A stretch of 64,000 nucleotides of DNA from Eledone cirrhosa (Eukaryota), in NCBI GenBank assembly GCA_964016885.1, contig OZ024743.1:362328001-362392000 (forward strand), written 5' to 3'. How positions within the stretch are numbered: position 1 is the first letter of the stretch; each line of letters opens with the position of its first letter. A program made the position numbers and the translations under genes. Shown here piece by piece: positions 12,623 through 26,150 of this stretch. A model generated the notes under the pieces. That model saw only the letters and a list, made by a program, of their open reading frames with translations. It was not told the origin of the DNA and made no database searches.

Positions 12623-13877
12623 ATAACGTACGCGTAACCAGGGAATACTACACCCGATTAAGAAAGATATGGTCATCGGAACTCTCTGCACAAAACAAAA
12701 CAGTGGCTCACAATGTGTCTGTCCAAACACCAACGTTTGGAATACTCAATTGGACGATAGACGAAATCCGAGCAGTTGATGTTAGAACTCGAAATATACT
12801 AAACAACACCGGAAACTTCCACATCAACAGTGACATAGACCGCCTTTACTTGAAACGGAAGCAAGGAGACAGAGACCTGACATCAGTCCAGACAGCATTT
12901 GAATGTCACATCATATCCCTTCGACAACATCTACGAACCTCGAAGCGTAGGAGCCCTTCTCTCGAGCAAGTCTATCTGCATGAATCAGATAAGATCATGA
13001 GAGTTGGGAAGGAACTCCTCGAGAGATATTCCCAGTGTGATAATCAAAAACTCACACCCAGGGGAGTCACTCAGCAGTATCGCAGTGAATCCATGGATGA
13101 AAAACTGCATGCTTATCACCAAAATATCATGCATGGATATGTTGCCAGAAAGCTCCAGTGTGAGAGTAATATAGATAAAGAAAGTAGTTTATTTTGGACC
13201 AACAACCGCTATATTGGCTCCCACTTGGAAGGATACGCTTTTGCAATCCAAGAACAGGAGATTAACACGAAATACCTGATTCACAAAAGAGATAGGGATG
13301 CAGGCAAAACATCTAGATGTGATAACAAGTGCAGACTCTTCAGAATTAACATCGAAGATGTCACCCATGTCATCAGCAGCTGTCCGAAGATATCATCGCG
13401 GTACTATCTACCTATGAGGCATGATGTAGTGGCCAATACACTGTACAACGCAGTTAGTAGAAAAGATAGCCCCGATCATAAATACATTAAAATCTCCAGC
13501 AATGTGGAAGACATACATATACATAATATCAAAGAGTAGTGGTGGAATGTTCCAGTAAAAACCCCAAAAAAATGCAGGCATAACAGACCAGATATTATGA
13601 TATGGGACAGGGGAAAAAAGGCATGCACAGTAGTGGAAGATAGCCTCCCAGCAGATGCCAATATAATATCAAAGATTAGCTAAAAGGAGAATATTTATGC
13701 AGATTTGCTGAGAAATCTGCAGATACTCCACCCTGATTACACCTTCAGATTTATGCCTGTGATTATTGGGGCACTGGGATATGTTAGTAACTGCCTCAAT
13801 ACAAATCTTGAGAAGTTGGGCTTCACAGGAACAGAAAGAACACAACTACTTAGGAAATTACAAGTACAATCCATTAA
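12623..13877 (+). mobile_element. 5'-truncated R4/Dong-like element, family B copy 3, with its 3' end replaced by a SINE
   Basis: ORF 12502-13539 after the microsatellite part and ORF 13705-13950; highly similar to copies 1 and 2. Confidence 0.9.
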
Positions 13878-14063
13878 TTGTTTCTACGTTAGGCACAAGG
13901 CCAGAAATTACCCAGTGCATTACTGGTACTTTATTTTATCGACCCCGTAAGGATGAAAGGCAAAGTTAACCTCGGCGGGATTTGAACTCAATCCGTAAAG
14001 GGACGTAACTGTTCTGCACAGCATGGCGTCCGACCCTCTACCGATACTGCCAATCCACCGCCC
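13876..14063 (-). mobile_element. tRNA-derived SINE, family 1
   Basis: A box tggcagtatcgg, B box gagttcaaatcc, central cctttcatccttacggggtcgataaaataaagtacc. Confidence 0.8.
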
Positions 14064-14099
14064 TAAAAGTTTATAAAATAATGAAAATAGAACATACAT

Positions 14100-14335
14100 A
14101 TGTTGTGTCCTTGAGCAAGACACTTTATTTCACGTTGCTCCAGTTTACTCAGTTGTAGAAATGAGTTGCTAAGCTGTACCGGCCATTACCTTTCCCTTAG
14201 AAAACATCGCTGGAGTGGAGAGGGGAGACTGGTATGCATGGGTGTCTGCTGGTCTTCCACAAACAAACCTTGCCCAGACTTGTGCCTCGGAGGGAAAATT
14301 TCTAGGTGCAAAACCATGGTCAATAGTCACCGATT
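14100..14335 (+). mobile_element. SINE family 2 fragment (CORE-like domain)
   Basis: gtgtccttgagcaagacacttt; similar to the reverse complement of 22780-23050. Confidence 0.55.
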
Positions 14336-14965
14336 GGGCCATTAGAAAAAATATATATATAAAATCAAAATTATTGTTCGAAGTTGTTTTCCTTTAACCC
14401 TTTCATATCTATTTTTATGAATTTCTAGTGTTTGATCGTGAGCAATATACTGAAGCGTTTTACTATATTTTATCATCAATATCTTTTTATGTATGTACCA
14501 ACTGTTAATTGCAATTGCAAACGTATACTTCCAAATTTACCTGTCATATGACGTAACAAACAAGTATATATAAGAATAACATGTTGCTCACCTTCTCATT
14601 AGAGGTTATATTGTAAAGTTGAAGATATGAAGACCGAAGGGTCTAGGATATTGATTGTCCAAACTTCGGGAAATTTTACTTAGATTGGCGCAACTAGCAT
14701 GGAGTGTTTAAGTCCCATTACACCATAGATTATTGACCATGTTGATACAATGCAACACTAACAATCAAATAGCATTGAAGTCAAGATACATACATACATA
14801 CATATATGCATACATACATTCATACATACATACATACATACATACATACATACATACATACATACATACATACATACATACATACATACATACATACATT
14901 CATACATACATACATACATACATACATACATACATACATACATACATACATACATACATACATAC

Positions 14966-15412
14966 ATGGTGGCTGCCAACTCGTTTTCGAGTACGGCCAC
15001 TACTTTATATCCATGTAGGAGAACCCCTACCGATGCGCTAAACGAGTGTGACTTTTTAGTCCAGCCAGCGACTTGAAAACTCTGGTACAACCACTACACT
15101 TGTGACAATTATTGACACATAGTGCTGGGCCCATGGTACCATGTGACGACAAGTGCAGAGAGATCTCCAGATATAAAGCAATGCCTGTGCCGTGAAGCTT
15201 TTATAGTGAGAAAAGGCACTGCACAAAGCCAGTCCCACTCTCTTAACCAAGATGATATTTACCAAGAAGAAGAACAAGTCAACATCATTGGATACCATCA
15301 GGGTTGCAGATGTTATATCAGAGTTTTCCTTCTCTTAGAATTCTGCCTTGACAAAGGCTAAGGGCTCATCTCTCCCAGTGATTTTGGATGGCCATTGACT
15401 CTTAAGAGGCCC
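14966..15412 (-). mobile_element. 5'-truncated copy of the bipartite RTE derivative within (TACA)n
   Basis: Near-identical to 11904-12345; (TACA)n at 14787-14965 and 15413-15500. Confidence 0.8.
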
Positions 15413-15443
<31 letters not shown>

Positions 15444-15457
15444 CATACATACATACA

Positions 15458-15489
<32 letters not shown>

Positions 15490-15821
15490 CACATACATAC
15501 GTATGTACATCGTTTTCATTGCGTCGTTGCCAACACAGGTCAATTTATTTTAATTTTCTTATAAAGGCTGTGTATATATTTTTGTAAGATAAGCTTCTAG
15601 AAGAGGATGGACTTTTCTTAATTTACTAATTAACCGTTTTGTTTATGGTAATTGGAATTTTTCGTTATTGTCCGACACCGTGGTCTAAGCAATTATGATT
15701 GAATTTACCAATTATAATGTAAGTAGAATTGTGTTTTCCTTAAAATGTATGTTTGCTTACTATGCTTTGCCTTACTATACTATAAATATTATTATACCGG
15801 TAGAGGGTCTGACACCAAGAA

Positions 15822-16000
15822 CGGTATCGGATTGGCAGTATCGGTAGAGGGTCTGACACCATGCTTTGCAACAAAGAGTTACGGCCTTTTATGGTCTGAG
15901 TTCAAATCCCGCCGGGGATCCATAAGGGGTCGATAAAATAAAGCACCAGTAATACACTGGCATAATTGGTGGCCTTGTGCCAAAAGTAGAAACAATTATT
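15822..16000 (+). mobile_element. SINE family 1
   Basis: A and B boxes plus the gtgccaaaagtagaaacaattatt tail. Confidence 0.75.
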
Positions 16001-16369
16001 AAACCTAAATCATATTTTTGTAAATGTAGCTCTAAAAATGCGAATTTCCTGGACCAATTTATGGTATATGATTAAGATGATTTAATTTGATTTATATTTT
16101 GTGTTGTATATATATATATATATATTGGTTTCCTTATACAATCCAAGATGTAATATATGCATGTATTACATCTTGGATTGCATAAGGGAACCAACCATTG
16201 AAGTAATTATAATAAATAAACGATTTATGTAATATCACCATCATTTTTAATGTTATTTCTATACAGAATCTCCATCATAATTAAACACTATGAATGTCAA
16301 TGTAGAGATCTTTCTCCTGCTTACTCCTGTTTTTCTTTTTTATCAAAACAACGTTTACTGAACACAGAC

Positions 16370-16415
<46 letters not shown>

Positions 16416-16429
16416 ACACATATATATAA

Positions 16430-17215
16430 ACCGAACAAGTAAGAAAATATTGGTGTAGGAATGCAAATCGAACAGATTAGAAATCAAACTTTGGGGTAAC
16501 AGAGACCAAGTAATTGACTGGTTCAGAGGATTAAAAATCAAAACCGCATCTAAACTCATCTAGTTCGACACAGATGACTATTATTCTCCAATATCCCCTA
16601 TTCTTATTCATAAAACTGTTCATAAAGCCATGCGAAATTCGGACCTACCAAGGGAGGAAACTAAGAAGGCATTAGTAGCAATAAGATCAATAATCGAGTT
16701 CGAAGAAAGCTACAGGACACGTAAAGACAGGGTTGATAATTTTGATATCACCATATGCTCTAGCGACTCAACTCAGGTAACGAATCTCATTGGCATGTAT
16801 CTAATGTACAAATTAAAAGGAATTCCCGCGCCTGTTTGAAGGCTTATATAGAGACGACGTCCTATTTATGATTCAAAACTTCAACGGACAACAACTGGAA
16901 CGTGGAAGAAAGGCAAAAAGGCCCTTCTTTAGAAACATGGGCCAAAAAATATCTTTAGAACAATAATTATAAGGTAACCAACTTCCACAATGTGATACTA
17001 GGACTTGAACTTGGACGTTTCAAACCGTACCACAAAATAAACGAGAACCTAACGTACGTTAATAAAGATTATAACCACCCACACTCTGTAATCATTAAGC
17101 ATCTCCCGGCTCTCAACAAACGAAGCTATCTTCAATAAATATGCAGGTTCTTGTAACGAAGCCCTTAGTAGGGCCGGTTTTATTAAGGAAATTAAATTCA
17201 TACTAGATGCACGTG
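16430..17215 (+). pseudogene. Degraded Naiad-like PLE reverse transcriptase
   Basis: VIDWF, *FDTDDYYS, FDITICSSDSTQVTNLIG, GLYRDD, FKPYHKINENLTYVNKDYNHP across frameshifts. Confidence 0.75.
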
Positions 17216-17786
17216 AATCGGACATATATACATCACATATAAAGTTATTTAAATCAGAAATAGTCGCCGAATCTCGGAGCCTATACAAACAATAGAACCA
17301 AAACACACCAACAACAGCAATGTGACAACGTAGAGGCTCACTCATGTGTTTGAATGGTTGAACTTGTTAATTTTCTTTTTAACGTGATAGATTTGCAGAA
17401 TCGGTAGAGTGTCAGAAAAACCTCCATCACTTTTTTCTGAGTTCAAATCCCACTGTCGCCAAATATGCCTTTATTCATTCCGAGTTTGAAAAAAATAAAT
17501 TACCTGTCAAACACGATATCAGTGATTTTTTCTACCATACCATCAACTTCCCACCCACCAAAACTATAGCTGTGTGCTTATATTCTGAGTTCAAATCCCA
17601 CCAAAATTATGGCCATTTGCCTGTATGTTCTTAGTTCAAATCTCGCCAATGTCGATTTTGCCTTTCTTCAATAGTCGAGAAAATAAAGTACAAAATACCA
17701 AGGATAATATGATCGACTAACCACATCCCTAAAATATATATGGCCAGTGCCTATGTTATTTGAGGCCATGATATTTATATAATATA

Positions 17787-18731
17787 CTAGCAGAATGGCC
17801 CGGCGTTGCTCGGGATTCTGAACATAGATTGGCATGTTTATCCCTCCTTTCTGAAACAGTTTCGTCGTATGTTCACCAATTGATGCAGAAGTCCTAATAA
17901 AAAGTGAAGTCGCCTTGGGTGAATAGGCAAATAATTTTCCATTAAGATTTTTCAAAAGTATGTAATTGCGTTCCTTTTCTTTTTTGTTGTTGTTTTTGCT
18001 GCTGTTGGTGTGATAGCAGCCGTTGGTCGTACTACTAACACAGTCTCGTCCTTCTTCAGCCAATCGTGTATATCCCCTTCTGCCGCGTCTACCTAAAAAA
18101 TGATTGTAGCACCTCCTTGTACACAATGTTCCTTGTTCTTCCGTATCGGCATATGCAAAGAGATTTGTCTTTCTTCCCACTTTTGAGCAGCCAACGTATA
18201 GTTGCCCGTGTGAAAAACATATATTAAAATAACAGATTAAAGTTTAAGCAAAGAATCGCTGCTTTCACCCTTAACGGGATCTTCTGAAACTAAAAAAATC
18301 AATCTGTGAACGCAGAAGTAAATATTTCGTAAAACGTTGCAACCGAAGGAAGACAGGAAGACGATACTTTGGTTCGTGAAGACGTTGCCTGGCAATGAAC
18401 GGAAAATAGCGAAGATAATACGTCAGCAACGAGAACAATATTTGTCATAATGTCGTAATGCAGACAGCCAGATATAAAGACAGATATTATAAGGGCACGA
18501 CGTTATAGCTATGTATCTATCTAAAAAGACAGACTAAGAAAGATAGAGAGATCGCTAACCGGCGCCTAATGCGGTACCTAGGGCATTGAAAATTCGAAAT
18601 ATGTTTTGCTCAAAACACTCACACGACCATAAGTATTACATGAGTAAAGTTTGAAAAAATTCGGTTGAGTGGTTCTCGAGTTTTAGGGAGTCAGACAGAC
18701 AAACAGACATTCTCTGTTTTAGATATATAGA
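17787..18731 (-). mobile_element. Non-autonomous Helitron with a PIF1 C-terminal remnant and an embedded PLE 3' end
   Basis: A|TCtatatatctaaaac start; CFSHGQLYVGCSKVG at about 18170-18218; cccgagcaacgccggg hairpin and CTAG|T end. Confidence 0.75.
18241..18291 (-). ncRNA. HHR-like motif, CAGAAGA core variant
   Basis: Same motif as 25519-25569 and 31509-31559. Confidence 0.5.
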
Positions 18732-19261
18732 TATGAGGATGCGCGTCCAGTTTACGTTTGCATTCATTGTTTGTTTGCACCCCATAACATATTTGTTCGA
18801 TGAAACACGATACATAAAATAAATAATACGCATTCAAAATATATGTACTGGAGCCGATATAATCGACTAAATCTCTGGAAGGTGGTCCCCCAGTATGGCC
18901 GCAGTCTAAGGACGGAAATCAGTAAGGGAATAAACTATCTTTTTTAAAAAAGACAATATTTGATCTAAATGCATATATTCTTCGTCACAAAGTACCATGA
19001 AATATAATCTTTATCATAAACTATTACACCATATAATGTACACTAATTCTCGTTATCATAAAGTAGGGAAATGTGTTTTCTTTTACCAGGTTTCATAAAA
19101 TATAGTTTGTTTTTTTATCATAAAATATAAAATAAATTCTTTATTTCAAAGAGATGAAGGGAACATGTATGGATTATTTATCGTATAAAAAATTGTTAAT
19201 GTTATATGCGACGAAAATATCCTCGAAACGATGAACACAAAAGTTATTTATATTGGGTAAA

Positions 19262-19338
<77 letters not shown>

Positions 19339-20544
19339 TGTTTGTGTGTATGTGTGTGTGTGTGCGTGTACCTGTGTGTGCGTGTAGTGGGTAAACAATA
19401 TATATATATATATATAACCGTGTGTATGTATGTGTGTGTGTGCGTGGGTGTATTAGTTGTCGTGGTCGTCCATTTCGTTGATGCTGTTGTTCTTGTTGTT
19501 GAGTCACCCCTCGATCAGACCTTTGTTCCTCCACCACCAATTTTTACACGGTAAGGTGTACTTTAAGAGAAATTTTCTGCAGATTGAGCGAAACAGTTGA
19601 AGCACTTGTTAGTTCGTTTTCTTTAGGATGATTTTCGTTATTTTTTTTATTCAAGAAAGGGTGGATTAGCAGTCAATTAAATATTGTGATTAGAAAATAC
19701 GGAAAAGGTAGAGTAAGAGCAGTTCTATCACTGAGTTTCAATTCAAATTCCTTCGAGGACGTGATGGATGATATTTTTTGTGGCTTAATCAGAATATTTC
19801 CTGTAGGATGTTCCACAGAGTTTCCGGCTTAAAACATTCACTAACAAGGCCTTGGTTAAGCTGGGGTCACAGTAAAAGATGCTTGTCCAAAATGCCATAC
19901 ACCGGGATGGAACCCAAAATCGCCTACTTTCGAAATGAACTTCTTAACCAATCGTTAATATATTATGTCTACACCCCTACATTCTCAGTTCTCCGGTTTT
20001 ATCAATCTGATTCCTTGTGCTTATGTGAAACATTATTATAATCTCTGCTGTCAGGGCAAACAGCCAAGTTTGGCAGTAAGTGATGATATTCGATTGAATC
20101 GACCGCTATTGCTATATATTTTATCGACCCTAGAGAGTTGAATGTCAAATCAAGCCAAGCTCAGTATAATTTAAACATGAAATGAAATGAAAGTCATGCA
20201 CTTAATGATGTTTCAACTCCCCCCCCCCTACCCTGAAAATCATTATTATTGCAATAGAAACCACTATTTTCTCTTTGGTGATTATCTAAATGCAAAGTTA
20301 TAAAGCAAGCCCGCTTGCAATAACTTAATATATAGCAAAATCTTTTAAAGTTTCAATACATTGTTTGACTATTTTCGAAGCGCTTCACCACAATTTCCTC
20401 TGCAAATTGAATCGTAACGTAAATTACATCCTTTCGTAATGAGATTTCTGCTTTCTGGAATGGATCTTGGCATCTATTTAACGTCAGTAATGCCAACAGT
20501 TATTAGCACACTTCTGCTATAAGTAAGATAACTTATATAAATAA

Positions 20545-20777
<233 letters not shown>

Positions 20778-20929
20778 TATATATATCTATATATATATAA
20801 TATATAATTATTTCTACTTTTGGCACAAAGCCAGCAATTACCCAGTGCATTACTGGTACTTTATTTTATCGACTCCGTAAGGATGAAAGGCAAAGTTAAA
20901 TATAATATATAATATAATATAATATAATA

Positions 20930-21415
20930 TAATAATACAAGGACGATTTGTTATGCCTTCATTACGTGCATTGATTGGTGACGCGCGTTTCGCTATTGAT
21001 AAGTTCAAGGTTCGATCTGTATCGATCTGTATCGATCTGGCCCGGCTCTGGAATCAAATGTGGCATGCCAAAACTAAACCACCAATCAAAACAACATAAA
21101 CTGACGACGATATGAACGCGAAACATTACAGGAATTTCTATGCTTTATATGTTTATTCTGTCATTATAACAGCAGAGGTCCGACGAGCTTTTGATTCCAG
21201 AGTCGGGCCAGATCGATACATATCGAACCTTGAACTGATCAATAGCGAAACGCGTGTCACCAATCAATAAACGTAATGAAGGCATAACAAATCGCCCTTG
21301 TATTATGATATTTTTACCCTCTGTTTAGCTGTACACCTCGCAACAGACGTGAATTTAAACATCGAGTACTCACCTGGGTGAACCTACAGTAACTTCACGT
21401 TACACACCCTGGAGA
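20930..21415. mobile_element. Inverted pair of HHR-containing PLE 3' ends
   Basis: Arms at about 20930-21058 and 21190-21306; AT-rich repeats on both sides. Confidence 0.65.
21177..21261 (+). ncRNA. Type I HHR with long stem II (core CCGACGA, U4 changed to C)
   Basis: Stem I ggt/acc; stem II gcttttgat...atcaatagc; GAAA-cgcgtg-TC (cgcgcg in the inverted arm). Confidence 0.6.
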
Positions 21416-21860
21416 TATATATATACGGAATAACAAATTATTGTTATAGGTAGTCCACTTAGATGTAGACCAGTTAGGGTACTCCGAGTAATGGATAGTA
21501 TCAGCTTTTACGTGTCAATTTCATACCTCTGCCTCATTTTACATGCTAAAGTCATAAGTATACTCTATGTCTTACTTAGATTGGTGTTGTGATTATTTCA
21601 ACTAATTTATTGCTAGCATTGTTAGTATTGTTGTTATTGTTCTGATTTAGTGCCACTACTATATATAGAAGCCATGCCTGTGTTTTCCATTCATTCTCGC
21701 ATGCTCTGATGAATTGACTGGTTATAACTATGTATTGGTGATCGATTGACGCAGAAACAGGTGGGTAGCGGTCTCTAGACCTACCAGTTCAGAGAAACAA
21801 TTGTCAGCAATGTGATTAAAGCCCTTATTGTATAGCAAACCGTGTCACTCTTCTTTCTTG

Positions 21861-21908
<48 letters not shown>

Positions 21909-22011
21909 CGTTTCTGAATTTGTTTAGCAAGATTATCTGAAATCCTGTATAGATAAGAAATGTATAACCTATAAAATAAGCCCCCATATTAACTGTAAAA
22001 CTAGAAATGTA

Positions 22012-22329
22012 GTGTATAGCATAAGATGTACTGAAGGACAATGTAGAGACAAAAATATAGTGTACATAGGTGAGACACCCCGTAGTGTAGGGGAACGGAT
22101 AAATGAACACTGGCGAGACCTTCAAGATAGTAAAGAATCATCTGTACTCTACCAACATGCTAAAATAGAACATAAGGGTAAATTAGAGAACATAGAAATA
22201 AAAATAGAATCTACACACAGAAAAGACGCAATGTTTAGACAAATCACAGAGGCAATAAACATAAAAGAATTACAACCAAAATTAAATAGAAAATATGAGT
22301 GGAACAGCAACATCACAACTTACAATTAA
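22012..22329 (+). pseudogene. PLE GIY-YIG endonuclease domain (5'-truncated element)
   Basis: VYSIRC...YIGETPRSVGERINEH...RQITEAINI...LNRKYEW. Confidence 0.85.
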
Positions 22330-22530
22330 GGACAAAATGAAAACACACACACACATAGAACAAACAACCAACCGGTAACATGTAAATAAACAAATAAATA
22401 AACAAATATAAACACACACAGACACCCGGATATGGCGCATGCGCAGACTGAGCACACAACACACACACAGAAACAAAATGGCGTAGGACAGAACAAAGGA
22501 GAGGCACAAAAACAAAGAAAAGAATCCCCA

Positions 22531-22573
22531 GTCACTGATGAGGTCACAGAATGTGTGACGAAAGAACTTTGAC
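22531..22573 (+). ncRNA. Type I HHR in a PLE 3' region
   Basis: gtca-CTGATGA(g)-gtcaca/tgtgac-GAAA-gaac-TT-tgac; 200 bp downstream of the GIY-YIG stop. Confidence 0.75.
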
Positions 22574-22727
22574 AATATATAAACAACTATCTGGTTGCGG
22601 AACCAACCAACCAACCAGAAATTTATAAATTTATAAATTCCTAAATTTATAAATTTATTATAATAAATTGAAGTGAAAGCAACTGGTGCGTGTGTTTCTT
22701 ATTGGCAACATGACCCTCCCAAAGTAT

Positions 22728-22778
<51 letters not shown>

Positions 22779-22779
22779 T

Positions 22780-23126
22780 CCCCTTCGGTCATGAATGACC
22801 ATGGGTTTTTGCCCCAGAAAGATCCCTTCTGAGACACAAGCCCGGGGCAATTGTTTTTGTTTTTTTTTTGTTTTTTTTTAGAAGACCACCAATCACCCAT
22901 GGATGCCAGTCTTCCCACTCCAAGCCAACGATGTTGGCTACGGAAAAGTTAAAGGCCGGTACAGATTGTCACAATTGAAGTCGCAACTCATTGATTCAGT
23001 TGAGTGAACTGGTGCAACGTGAAATAAAGTGCCATACTGAAAGACAAAACGCACCGCCAGGTTCGCGAATCGAACTCATAACCTCACGATTGTGAACCCA
23101 ATGTTCTAACCACTAAGGTACGTGCA
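22780..23126 (-). mobile_element. SINE family 2 (tRNA-like head)
   Basis: - strand tagtggttagaacattggg...gagttcgattc head followed by a CORE-like body. Confidence 0.65.
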
Positions 23127-23128
23127 TT

Positions 23129-23213
<85 letters not shown>

Positions 23214-23540
23214 GTGTGTAAGTATGTGAATGAGTGTGTGTCTGTGTGTATGTATGTATGTATGTTGTCATGCCTCATATTACATTATGATACACGCCAA
23301 AACATGTATCATATGTGTTGAGTAATATATAAATGCGAAAATAACTTAATTCTTAAAGAGCACTTCTGTGAAAATCTTAGGCTTAATGCCCACCTGACTA
23401 TTCCAATGCCAGTCCAAAGAAAAGAGACTATTTCAGTGAATGACTATCAAGGGTGATGGTTTTGAATATAAATACATTCTACCAAACAAAGTAAAAATTG
23501 CGCGATTACTTTTTTTTGCTTTATTACATTTATTATTATA

Positions 23541-23650
23541 TCAAATTCCGAGGTTAACTTTGCCTTTCATCCTTACGGGGTCGATAAAATAAAGTACCAG
23601 TAATGAACTGGATAATTACTGGCCTTGTGCCAAAAGTAGAAACAATTATT
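23541..23650 (+). mobile_element. SINE family 1, 3' half
   Basis: Matches 34285-34400. Confidence 0.7.
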
Positions 23651-25494
23651 ATATCAAATTCATTAAACCTGAATCTTGAGAATTATACGAGCCATTAAGT
23701 ATTGCTCTAAGTGGTCGCTCGTTCTGCTAGAAATAGCCCTCATGTTTTCCTCAAATGAAACCCTAATGTCTTTTAAAATGACACCACACCTGTAAAAATA
23801 AACGATATGATTATGACTCTAATGCCCTTTGCTTTGACTAGGCTAACCAGGACATAAATGCATTTACTAAGAGTATCAGGAATTAGTTATGTAAGTAAAA
23901 ACGTTCACCATTTGAAATTGAGAAGGCTGGAGGTGCCTATTCGTCATCAGACGTCCACATAATCCTTAGGAAAAGTTGAATTCAATATGGAGGCTAACAA
24001 TTTGATGAAAGATTATCATGCAGCAGTGAATTTCACAACATCTTGTTGACTGAATTGTTAGAGCATCGGATATAATGCCTTACAGTATTCATATAAAATG
24101 CCTAAAACATACAGTATCTCACAACAGCGCTTCAATAAGTCCATTAAGATTCTAGGACCCAAAGCAAAACAAAAGAAAACATATTCAAGGCCGAAAACAT
24201 GGTACACAATCTCAGACCATTCATTTCCCTATCCTGTAATATAACCAGAGATAATGTTTCTTTGAAATTTAATTAAAACGTCAGCAAATGGCGAGAACAT
24301 TTTTTATATATGCGTTCATCATTTGACTGTATTTTGTACTATTAAGGACCTAATTTTCCGCCCATTTAACCCCACTATCTGCCACTCGGGTGCCTTTATT
24401 GGGATCCATTTTTATTACAAGCATTCGAACGACGCAGATCACCACTCCGAGAATAACTTGAAACGTTGATGTGCTGCTTTCTACTGCAGTAACCCATCTA
24501 TTATTGTAACCTCTCTTTCCTTCTACAAGTCTGGAAGCCTTGCAAAGTTCATGAGCACAATCCTCCTTTCTTTTTCTGATTAAGCCATAAAAGAAATTTA
24601 TAGCTACCAATATCTGAAAGAAATTGCTTTTGCTATGTAACCATGTGTGCAAACATGTTTCTATTATATATATTGTTTTCTATGTGTAAGCGATTTAGTT
24701 TTTGTATAATCTCTAATTCTATTTTATTTCGTTTTTCATGTTTCATTTTCCTATAACTGATATCTTTTTTCTTCTTAACCTATGTTACTATAGAATGTTA
24801 CAGTTTTTATAACGTATTTCTTACGCATTTTGGTTTTTGTTTAATTGATTTCATATTTTTATAACCTATATTTATATTGCATTTCATTCTTTTCTTACTC
24901 GTATCTCACGCAGTATATATCCAAAAAAATGTAAAAAAGGAAAATTAATATATTAAGCAGTATATAAACGAAAAATCAACAGAAATACAGCTTACATGAG
25001 AGTAAGTAAAACTAGAAGATAACCCGTAAACAATTATAAATTCGGCGATGACAATTCTATCAGTTACATACAGCCTTATTCCTATCATAGCTTCCCGCCT
25101 GCTACAAAATGCGGCAACAACGTGCACTATTCCCAATTCATTCAGTACACACACATACATACACACACGCGCGCGCGCGCATATACACTTATATATATAT
25201 ATATATGTATTTATATACATTGATATACATATACATAAACGTACATACATTCAGACCACGCACGCACACACACACACAGAACTATGTATAGTAGATGAAT
25301 AAATTAAATATAATACCAGTTTCTTATCAATTGCATGCCAAGAAGCTCGATCTATTAACAAAATTCTGAATTAATACCCTGGCGATATTTTAGTTATTAT
25401 GTGCTAATATTGAAGTTAAAACGAATGTAGATATTAATAAAATCATTTGAAATACCCCCTTTTGTCGTCAATAGGTTTTAAAATATATATATAT

Positions 25495-26088
25495 ATATTT
25501 ATTAAAATAACAGATTAAAGTTTAAGCAAAGAATCGCTGCTTTCACCCTTAACGGGATCTTCTGAAACTAACAAAGTCAATCTGTAAACGCAGAAGTGGA
25601 TATTTCAAAAAACGTTGCAACCGGAGGAAGACAGGAAGACGATACTTTGGTTCGTGGAAACGTTCCCTGGCAAAGAACGGGAAAAAACGAATATAATACG
25701 TCATTAATAGGAGCGTTGAAAAACAATTACGCGCAAAGACAGAACCACGTTTATGGTATAAAAGAAGTCGTAGACTAATGTTCTCTTAGGTGGTTCATAG
25801 AGACGTTCTGTGGCAATGAACGGAAAAAACGAAGATAATACGTCATATGTGGACCGTGGAGAACAATTGCACACAAAGACAAAACCACGTAGATGGTATA
25901 GCTGAGGTCGTAGACTAAATTCTAACTAGGAAACCGAATGAATCTCCGCTTCAGAGTTAAGAATAAAGTAAATAAATACAATACAGGGGTAATAGAAATT
26001 AAATAAATGCATACACACATTCAAATACGTACATACACAAGCATACGCAAAACACTTGCCATAGGTATACAAAACCACGCACATATAG

Positions 26089-26150
<62 letters not shown>

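Noticed and set aside
6023-15500. CRISPR-like repeat-spacer array
   Set aside because: Repeats are variable-length microsatellites and the intervening segments are 0.4-2 kb retroelement copies in eukaryotic DNA; no cas genes
21100-21135. Second CTGACGA...GAAA motif upstream of the 21177 HHR
   Set aside because: No satisfactory stem III or stem I; may be chance or heavily decayed
21700-21775. CTGATGA...GAAA hammerhead candidate
   Set aside because: Stems I and III could not be paired convincingly
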